Part shown: piece by piece, positions 18,295-24,726 of the stretch
Position numbering within the stretch: position 1 is the stretch's first letter
How the letters are laid out: each line of letters starts with the position of its first letter
Source of the DNA: Candidatus Micrarchaeota archaeon
Lineage (GTDB): Archaea; Micrarchaeota; Micrarchaeia; Burarchaeales; JACRGF01
Reading direction: 5' to 3'
NCBI GenBank assembly: GCA_016212395.1
Contig: JACRGF010000048.1
Location: forward strand, 10,759 to 74,758
Length of the DNA stretch: 64,000 nucleotides
The notes under the pieces: generated by a model
Told to the model about the DNA's origin: nothing
The model's input: the letters and a program-made list of their open reading frames with translations, nothing else
Databases searched by the model: none
Program-made: the position numbers and the translations under genes

Positions 18295-18336
18295 CCCCAA
18301 AACTCAAAACTCCAAAACTCCTAAACTTCCAAACCC
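18295..18336 (-). repeat. tandem 8-nt GTTTTGRA-type array
   Basis: CCCCAAAACTCAAAACTCCAAAACTCCTAAACTTCCAAACCC. Confidence 0.7.
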
Positions 18337-18430
18337 ACTGCAATTATTACATTCTCAAACAACAAACAATACGAACAATAAAGAATATAAAAATGAGAAA
18401 CACAAAAATAAAAACAGAAACAACTGAAAA

Positions 18431-18720
18431 TCCCGGCGACCGCATGATTTTTTTGTGGTTCTCGGTTTTGAGTCAACAGTTTTGGAAACCCCAAAACTGA
18501 AAACTCGAAACTCGACACTGCGGTTGTAGTCTAGTAACCTTTCTTTTTTCTTTTTCGAGTAGAAAAAGAAAAAAGAAACGTTAACGACCAACAAAAGCGA
18601 CGCATCGCTTTTGTGGTCCACAAAAACGTCACGACGTTTTTGTTGGAAAGAAAAAAGAAAAAGAAAGGTTGGACATCTTGGTAGGACATGGGCTTCCCAA
18701 GCCTATAACCCGGGTTCAAA
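18431..18720 (+). tRNA. tRNA-Gly(CCC), 3'-piece-first gene with an extra D-loop intron: nt 60-73 at 18431-18444; nt 1-15 at 18520-18534; intron 18535-18676; nt 16-59 at 18677-18720
   Basis: Pieces sum to 59+14 nt; anticodon loop UUCCCAA; acceptor GCGGUUG/CGACCGC; the D-loop intron forms a BHB (GUCU/GGAC helix flanked by AG|U and AU|C bulges). Confidence 0.75.
18448..18454 (+). terminator. T7 tract immediately after the 3' piece of tRNA-Gly(CCC)
   Basis: GCGACCGCA-TGA-TTTTTTT. Confidence 0.4.
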
Positions 18721-18722
18721 AT

Positions 18723-18770
18723 AAAGTTTTTTCTTTCTTTTCGGCGATCCGAAAAGAAAGAAAAAACTTT
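18723..18770 (+). repeat. perfect 22-bp polypyrimidine/polypurine hairpin directly after the 5' piece of tRNA-Gly(CCC)
   Basis: AAAGTTTTTTCTTTCTTTTCGG-CGAT-CCGAAAAGAAAGAAAAAACTTT. Confidence 0.8.
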
Positions 18771-18894
18771 AATGAAAAAAGAAAGAAAAGAAGAACGAGA
18801 AAAGAAAAAGAGGTACTAAAAGAAAGAAAAGAAAAAAGAAAGAAAAAAAGAAACGCTGAAAAAAAGAAAAAAGAATTAGGAACTGCTTGTTTTT

Positions 18895-20505
18895 TTATCT
18901 TCGCGCGAAGCCGCCCATTCCGACTCTTTGGAATGGAGCTGAGACTGCTTCCCGCTGCATTTGCACTCTCCGCAGGAACGCTTGCGCGTCCCTCGGCTTG
19001 GCTTTCAAGCCTATCGACAATTCTAAAACGCTTGAAGCGCGGACTCCTTCCACGCCGCGCGCCTTCAAATCGTTAGCCATTCGAACGTCTTGCTCGGCGT
19101 GCATGTGGATTACTTGCCTGCCTTTTTCGTTCAACTCTTTGATTTCTTGCGGGGTGAGCCAGTCGCGCACGTCTTCGTTGAGCCAAGGCATTTTCCTGCC
19201 AGCTTGAACGTCTTTGTAGAGTTCTTTAAGGCGCGTGAAAACATGGCTGCGCGTGCCTTCAGTGCCCACTTTAAGCACTTCGCCGTCTCCTTCGAAAACC
19301 TTGTTTCCGTCAGCGTCGAAATGAAATTTTGGGACTATCACGCGCGTGAAGCAAACGAGCCCGGCGTAATTGCCGGTCATGAACGCGCCGAGCACGTTTT
19401 CTCCGGCAAGGTCTATGGGCAAGCCGCCCCTGCCTGTAGAGCGCGTGAATAGTTTCACCGCCTCCAAAGCAGAGTCCGGAAGAGAAAACATTGCCTCAGC
19501 CATTTCAATGCCTTCAGCGCGCGCGAGTTCAAGCGTTATGGAACGCGTGACGCCAGGCAGGCACTTTCCCTCCACAACGTTGGGAGTAACGAGAACGTCC
19601 GAACCACCGTGCCTCACGACTGCAAACAAGTTCTCGCCAGTGCCCTCGCTAATCCTGCCGTCAGGCTGGGGAAGCAACGCGTCCTCGCAAACCAATTTCT
19701 CCAATCGGGAAACCTCGCACCTTATTCCATCTGCACGAAATTGATCAGGTGCACTGAGCCCGACAGTTTTCATTTCGTCATTCAATTTTCTTATTTTCGC
19801 GTGCACTGCTTCGTTGTGCAAACGCATTTGCTGGCGCGCCATTTTCGAAGCGTCGTAATTGGCGAACGACTTTGTGCTCAAGCTCGCGCCCTCGCGCGTC
19901 AACTCAACAGGCAAAAACAACGCAGCGCCCTCTTTTTCCGCTTGCTCGCCCAAGTAGAGGCCGACTTTCATCATGCTCGTGCCAAGCTCGAACTGGACAG
20001 GGTTGCCCAAGCCAACGCCGTTAGTCATGTCAGCAAGCCTGCTTCGCACGTAAACCCTGTCTGTCTTTCCGCCAGCACTCGCGAAATTTACTTTAACGGT
20101 TTTTCCGTCTTCGCACAAAATCCAGTTGTTTAACGCGAGCAACTGCATTCGCGCGCCGATGACTGCTTCCAAAGAATGCTCTGGATGCTTGAAGCCCTTT
20201 GTTCTCGCGCCCCATAAAAGCCGGGCGACGTTTACTGCAGGGTGAAAAAAAACAGCTGACTCGCCGTCACTGCCAACCACTCTCAAGACAGACTCGCCCT
20301 CGAACAACCCTAAGCCGTAATCAATGCTCGCGGACTGCGTTGGCACAGGGTTAGAGCGCGCGAGCCTCACTCGGTCTATTCCCACTAAAACAAGAGTACT
20401 CGAAAAATTAGGCAAACTGCCGTCGCGCATTCCAGCAAGCATTTCAGAGTATAACGCTTCAACTGACGAAGTGTCCAATTCCCCCACGCAAACGCACCCC
20501 ACCAA
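18895..20505 (-). CDS. fold-type IV PLP enzyme, branched-chain aminotransferase-like, atypically long (536 aa)
   Basis: YGLGLFEG, STKSFANY (compare IlvE KAGGNY with the PLP lysine), EGTGENLFAV, LPGVTR; start uncertain (TTG 20505 or ATG 20442). Confidence 0.6.
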   Translation of the reverse strand: MVGCVCVGELDTSSVEALYSEMLAGMRDGSLPNFSSTLVLVGIDRVRLARSNPVPTQSASIDYGLGLFEGESVLRVVGSDGESAVFFHPAVNVARLLWGARTKGFKHPEHSLEAVIGARMQLLALNNWILCEDGKTVKVNFASAGGKTDRVYVRSRLADMTNGVGLGNPVQFELGTSMMKVGLYLGEQAEKEGAALFLPVELTREGASLSTKSFANYDASKMARQQMRLHNEAVHAKIRKLNDEMKTVGLSAPDQFRADGIRCEVSRLEKLVCEDALLPQPDGRISEGTGENLFAVVRHGGSDVLVTPNVVEGKCLPGVTRSITLELARAEGIEMAEAMFSLPDSALEAVKLFTRSTGRGGLPIDLAGENVLGAFMTGNYAGLVCFTRVIVPKFHFDADGNKVFEGDGEVLKVGTEGTRSHVFTRLKELYKDVQAGRKMPWLNEDVRDWLTPQEIKELNEKGRQVIHMHAEQDVRMANDLKARGVEGVRASSVLELSIGLKAKPRDAQAFLRRVQMQREAVSAPFQRVGMGGFARR

Positions 20506-20535
20506 AAAAATTGAGAATAATTAAAGCATCCAACG

Positions 20536-20543
20536 TATTTAAA
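20536..20543 (-). promoter_or_regulatory. TTTAAATA TATA box (BCAT-like gene)
   Basis: 31 nt upstream of 20505. Confidence 0.5.
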
Positions 20544-20592
20544 CATATAGTTCAAACGCTATAAAAACAAGTATAACGCGACGAGTGCAAGT

Positions 20593-22743
20593 TTAAGTTG
20601 GCGGAGGAGCTGAAGGTTTCGCCTGCACGACTTTCCCGCCGTGCTTGGACAACCCGAAGTCGAAGCGCGTTCCTTCAAATCCTTCAGGCAATTGCTCAGG
20701 AGTTTCAACCCACACTCCGTCGGACCAGACACGCCGCATGCCGTCGTAGTAGTGTAGGGAATGGTCGCGCCCTCCTTTTCCTGAAACGAACAAGCGTTCG
20801 ACTGTTGGCCCGTACGGAAAACGCCTTTCAACCAGTTCTGCAAAACGAAGCAAACTGCCAGCTTCAAAGTCAGAGTTTACAGCAGCACTGCCGAACAACG
20901 GGTCAAGCAACTGGCGCAAGCCAAACCCTGCAACAGCAGAGTGCGCCTTGTGAAAACCAACTCCTTTCTTCAACACGCGTTCCAAAAGCTCTGCGTGGTT
21001 ATTAACGCGCTGACTCGCGTTTTTTGGAATGTTCTTGAAATGAGTTGGAACAACAGAGCCAGGGTGGCTTCTCAACTGCAACGCACGCGCAAACTCTTTG
21101 CCATCACGCGCGCCGAACTCGCCAGCATCAAGCAACTGCTCGCTCGAACTGCCAGTATTGCTGGATTTGAAAAGCGAGCGCATCTTGTCATACGCTTTAG
21201 CGAACCTCGCGACACTGCACTCGAAATAACCGTCTATTTGGACTCCTAAAAAGTTTTCAACTGCTTCAACTTCAAGCTCTGGCCCGCCGAGGAAAGACGC
21301 GTGGTTTATCTTCTGCCTTCCGTAGCCGGGGATGTCAACCAGCAAGTCCCTCGAAAGGCTGGCAATGTAAATGCGGTTGTCCGCCTCGTGAAAAACAATC
21401 AAGTGAAGCGAGTCCGACCTGCCTACTGCATCGCCTTCGCGCGTGTCAGTGCCCATCACGAGAAACGCAGCGCCGTAATCCTTTAAGCCATCGCGCGCAA
21501 CTTCGGGAACACGCTTCTTCCCTTCCTTCTTCTCGAAAACGAAATCAGAAAAGGAATTTGAAGGCTGAACTGCAGCAGGAGCATGCTCGACAGCAGCATA
21601 AGCAACGTTGGAATGAAACAATTTATTGCGAGGAGCATCAACAGAACTTGAATCTGATGCAGTTAGATTGCGCATTAGGGAAAGGTAAGGATCTTTAGGC
21701 AAAGATATGCTCACGAGGGCAGGTAACAGCGAAGCGAATGCAAAGACAATCAAAGTTGGTGCGTGCATGGACAGGAACGTAAAACGAAGCGCTGCAAGAA
21801 CTCCTGAAGCGCACAATTTAACGCCTTTGAAAAAAAGCTTGAAAGGAAAACACGCGACTTCAAACGCTTTCCCGGCAAGTTCGTCAGCTCGCTTGAAAAA
21901 ACTCTTCCTGCTCTGAAGGCTTGCATCCAAAATGCGCGCTGCATTCTGCACACTCAAAGGAGAAACACCATCAGCAACATGAACCGCAGCACTCGCACCT
22001 GCACCCAAAACATTATCAACAGCCTGCATGCCAGCATCAACAACGCTTCTCGCAGCTTCCGCGCTCGCGCCTAAAACGCTTTGTGCACCACGCGCACTCA
22101 AATCAACAACTTGTCCAGCAGCCTGCGCGCTCGCATTAACAGCTTGTCTTGCATTTTTTACGCTTGCGTTGAAAACAGCGTTCAAGCTGCGTGAAAAATT
22201 TTCAAGAAAAACATTCTGCTTTGGAGAAACCCTGCCGACAACGCTTTCGCACGCGCGCAACGCAAACGCGAGCGTCTCGCGCTGCACTGAAAGGACAAGC
22301 TCGAACTCACGCAGGAGAGAGCGAAGAGTTGAAACTTGCTTTGCATTCAAGCCTGAAATAGCGTTAACGCGCCTCGCCACAGAGTTGACGCTCTTGCCTT
22401 CAAGCAAACTGTTCGCAAGTTTTGTTGAAACGTCGAGTGCAACGCGCTTTCTCCTGTTTCCTGAAAGCAATAATTCGAAAGCCATTTGCTGAAAACCGTC
22501 GATAGTGCGCTTGAACTTGCGCGCTTGAAAATCACGCAGAGCACGCGCTTCAACAGCATTAAAGCCAGCCTTTCTTCGAGTAGAACAACTCGTTACAACT
22601 TCAACAGCGTCTGGAATAGAGAGAGTGGAAATTTTCCTGCGCGCTGAAACAACTCCGCCGTCCAACTCAACTTGAAAGCGGTGAAACTCGCAGTGCGGAC
22701 GCAACGAATTTGATACCCTGCCTTTAGAGATTGCCCCACGCAT
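20593..22743 (-). CDS. LytR-CpsA-Psr (LCP) domain membrane protein with long Ala-rich N-terminal region
   Basis: FLVMGTDTREGDAVGRSDSLHLIVF...SLSRDLLVDIPGYGRQKINHA...GVQIDGYF is the LCP signature; one TM (APTLIVFAFASLLPALVSISL). Confidence 0.75.
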   Translation of the reverse strand: MRGAISKGRVSNSLRPHCEFHRFQVELDGGVVSARRKISTLSIPDAVEVVTSCSTRRKAGFNAVEARALRDFQARKFKRTIDGFQQMAFELLLSGNRRKRVALDVSTKLANSLLEGKSVNSVARRVNAISGLNAKQVSTLRSLLREFELVLSVQRETLAFALRACESVVGRVSPKQNVFLENFSRSLNAVFNASVKNARQAVNASAQAAGQVVDLSARGAQSVLGASAEAARSVVDAGMQAVDNVLGAGASAAVHVADGVSPLSVQNAARILDASLQSRKSFFKRADELAGKAFEVACFPFKLFFKGVKLCASGVLAALRFTFLSMHAPTLIVFAFASLLPALVSISLPKDPYLSLMRNLTASDSSSVDAPRNKLFHSNVAYAAVEHAPAAVQPSNSFSDFVFEKKEGKKRVPEVARDGLKDYGAAFLVMGTDTREGDAVGRSDSLHLIVFHEADNRIYIASLSRDLLVDIPGYGRQKINHASFLGGPELEVEAVENFLGVQIDGYFECSVARFAKAYDKMRSLFKSSNTGSSSEQLLDAGEFGARDGKEFARALQLRSHPGSVVPTHFKNIPKNASQRVNNHAELLERVLKKGVGFHKAHSAVAGFGLRQLLDPLFGSAAVNSDFEAGSLLRFAELVERRFPYGPTVERLFVSGKGGRDHSLHYYDGMRRVWSDGVWVETPEQLPEGFEGTRFDFGLSKHGGKVVQAKPSAPPPT

Positions 22744-22787
22744 AAAACAACACCACAGAAGTAAATAATAGTATATGACGAAACTCG

Positions 22788-22795
22788 TATTTAAA
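22788..22795 (-). promoter_or_regulatory. TTTAAATA TATA box (LCP gene)
   Basis: 45 nt upstream of ATG 22743; a GTGGTG SD-like sequence lies in the leader. Confidence 0.5.
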
Positions 22796-22958
22796 CCAAC
22801 AGGGGTTTAAAAAGGGAAAAAAAGGAGAGGAAAAACAAACTGAAGGAAAAAGAAAAAAAAACAACGAGTGGAATTCAGAAAAAGAAAGAAAAAAACGAAT
22901 GAGAAAAGAATAGAAAAATTAGAAAAAAAAGAAAGGAAAAAAAGAGGGAATTGCAAGG

Positions 22959-23378
22959 TTATTCGGTTATTCTCTTCCTTTGCCTTGCAACTATTTGCTG
23001 CGCTTTGAACGCGTCTTTCGGGAATTCGCGTCCCCTCATTAAAAAGTTTTTTTCGAACCTTTTCGCTTCAAAAGCGCTGACGATGTATTCCGCCGTTGAC
23101 TCCACGTCGAAGTCTTTGCAGGAAAAAATGTCAATAGTCACATAACCCTTGTCGGGGAACGTGTGCACGCTTATGTGGCTTTCAGCAATCAAAACAATAC
23201 CAGAAACGCCCCAGTCCTCAGGCTTCAAGCCAGAGTACTTGAACGTGTACGGCGGCATTATTTTCGTCATTCCAATGGATGCAGGAAGCGCGTCCAAAAA
23301 CTTTGCGACAAAATTCACGTCCTCCATCTTCTTTCTGCTGCAATCATAACAGTCCAGCATCAAGTGCGGTCCAAACAT
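22959..23378 (-). CDS. speH: S-adenosylmethionine decarboxylase proenzyme (pyruvoyl, SpeH type)
   Basis: GVSGIVLIAESHISVHTFPDKGYVTIDIFSC with the ES self-cleavage site. Confidence 0.9.
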   Translation of the reverse strand: MFGPHLMLDCYDCSRKKMEDVNFVAKFLDALPASIGMTKIMPPYTFKYSGLKPEDWGVSGIVLIAESHISVHTFPDKGYVTIDIFSCKDFDVESTAEYIVSAFEAKRFEKNFLMRGREFPKDAFKAQQIVARQRKRITE

Positions 23379-23471
23379 TTCGTTACCCTCCGCTTCCCTT
23401 TCAGGAAGCTCACTCTTTATTTTTTTACCACTCGTTTACATACGAGTGTTGACTATATTATAAACAAAACT

Positions 23472-23481
23472 TATTTAAATA
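23472..23481. promoter_or_regulatory. TATTTAAATA, palindromic TATA-like box (speH, and possibly a + strand transcript)
   Basis: 94 nt upstream of speH ATG; reads TTTAAATA on both strands. Confidence 0.4.
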
Positions 23482-23926
23482 CATATCTAAACGGAGGCGT
23501 ATAAACGCTCCGAACAGCAGTTCAGAGGAGAAAAACCCTGTCCCGACGAAGTTCAGGCGTGTTAAAGCAGGTTAAACGCGAATCCCTCTGAATAAAACAG
23601 CCCTGCGACGAAACAGCCGAGTATAAACCGCCTGTTCTCAAATCAATTCGATTTCTGCATGCTTTATTGAACAGGAAACGTTTTAATCTGGTTTGTTTTT
23701 GGTTAAAACGGTTAAAAACAGTTTGTTTGTGTTTAAATCGTTTTAAAATCGTTTGAATTTGAAAAAAACGGTTTATGAACGTTTTTTTAGAGTTAAATGC
23801 GTTTTTGGGTGTTTGCAGGCAGGGGAAACAGGTTTAAACGCGTTTGTTTTGTCGAATTTCAGGGGTTTTTGAGTTGGACGTTGAATTTAAAAGCAGTGCT
23901 TTGGAAAAGGTTTTTCGGTGTGAAAA

Positions 23927-24724
23927 TTGGCTGTTGCGAAGAAGCGTGAAGCATTTGGAGAAGGCGTTGCCGTGCAGGCAAGTGCGAGGAAGCGTGAAGC
24001 AGTTGGAGAAGGCAGTAGCAGTGCTGTGCAGGCAGTTTCAAAGAAGCGTGAAGACAGCAGGGGAAGTTCGAGCAGTCTTGCGCAGGGGAAGCAGTTCACG
24101 AAGACAGTTATAGATAGGATGGTTGAGATAGTTAGGGAGAAGGGGAGGGTTACTGTCGAGGAGCTTGCGGGGATTATTGGCTTGGAGCGGAATGAAGTCG
24201 AGCAGCTTGCCGGGGTTCTCGAGGAAAGCGACTTGATTGCAGTGAGGTATTCGTTGCTTCACCCTGGGAGGACAGAACTTGTCTCGAAGGAAACTTCAGC
24301 GAAAGGCGAGGAGAGCAGGGAGAGCCTGCGCGAAGTAATGAGTGGCATTGGCAGGAATGTTGATGAAAGCGAGAAAGCGTTTTACGAGATTTACGGGGAC
24401 TTGCTGAAGCGCTTGAGCAATGTTGAAGGAGGCCTTTTGAAAATAGAGCGGGAGAAAAACATTTCCATTGAGGCAGTTGATTTTCTGCTTGAGGAGAGTT
24501 CGAAGCTCGAGGACTCGTTGAGAAACTTTGACGTGAAAGTGGACGCGTTCGAGAAAAAAATCGAGGCGGTGCGGAGGAAAATCGCGTTTATAAAAGCTAA
24601 CGCGATGAAAGCGAAAAAGCCCGGAGTTGGAAGCGGAATTTCAGCTTTTTTCGAGAGGATAAAGCGCGCGTTTCAAAAGGGGAAAAACGGTTCGCGATTT
24701 GAAAATATTTTGAGTGGTGTTTGA
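23927..24724 (+). CDS. winged-helix plus coiled-coil protein at the head of the pilus locus; N-terminal tandem repeats
   Basis: RMVEIVREKGRVTVEELAGIIGLERNEVEQLAGVLEESDLIAV (wHTH-like). Start ambiguous: TTG 23927, or first in-frame ATG 24119. Confidence 0.45.
   Translation: MAVAKKREAFGEGVAVQASARKREAVGEGSSSAVQAVSKKREDSRGSSSSLAQGKQFTKTVIDRMVEIVREKGRVTVEELAGIIGLERNEVEQLAGVLEESDLIAVRYSLLHPGRTELVSKETSAKGEESRESLREVMSGIGRNVDESEKAFYEIYGDLLKRLSNVEGGLLKIEREKNISIEAVDFLLEESSKLEDSLRNFDVKVDAFEKKIEAVRRKIAFIKANAMKAKKPGVGSGISAFFERIKRAFQKGKNGSRFENILSGV
23936..24066 (+). repeat. about 2.5 copies of a 51-57 bp tandem repeat
   Basis: GCGA[AG]GAAGCGTGAAGCA[TG]TTGGAGAAGGC... repeated; all frames open across it. 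Confidence 0.7.
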
Positions 24725-24726
24725 AA

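Noticed and set aside
18209-18343. N-terminal 45 codons of the 444-aa ORF 17009..18343
   Set aside because: The translation (MQWVWKFRSFGVLSFGVLFLRF…) is encoded by the octamer repeat array. The conserved kinase N-terminus (FAFNTNVDAV) starts later, so the start was moved to about 18208 (TTG). It remains uncertain.
16870-18430. Reading the tRNA-Gly(UCC) 5' piece (16811-16869) and the 3' piece at 18431 as one gene with a 1.56-kb intron
   Set aside because: This would leave the 3' piece at 16786 and the CCC 5' piece at 18520 as orphans. It would also put a full antisense kinase gene inside an intron. The 3'-piece-first pairing explains all pieces.
22800-22950. Long polypurine (A/G) tracts here and at 18771-18890, 33400-33540, 59604-59690 and 61852-61925, considered as CRISPR-like or triplex-forming novel elements
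   Set aside because: There is no repeat-spacer organisation. On the opposite strand each tract is a run of oligo-T blocks directly downstream of a - strand gene stop (speH, the BCAT-like gene, the 635-aa hypothetical bitopic membrane protein (33568..35475), the Cys-rich lipoprotein, P1). That is the expected archaeal terminator signal.
23503-23700. Possible minimal RNase P RNA: GAGGAGAAAAACCC versus CR-I GAGGAAAGUCC; ACAGCCGAGUAUAAACCGCC versus ACAGAGAGCAAACCGCC; ACAGGAAACGUUUUAAUC versus ACAGAACCCGGCUUAUC
   Set aside because: The resemblance is only string-level. The putative P4 would be 5 A-U-rich pairs, I could not build P1/P2, and competing pairings exist. This needs an Infernal scan (RNaseP_arch) before any claim.
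23380-23926. Replication origin at the AT-rich strand-switch spacer
   Set aside because: There is no orc1/cdc6 gene nearby, I could recognise no ORB or mini-ORB inverted repeats, and gene orientation elsewhere in the window is mixed.
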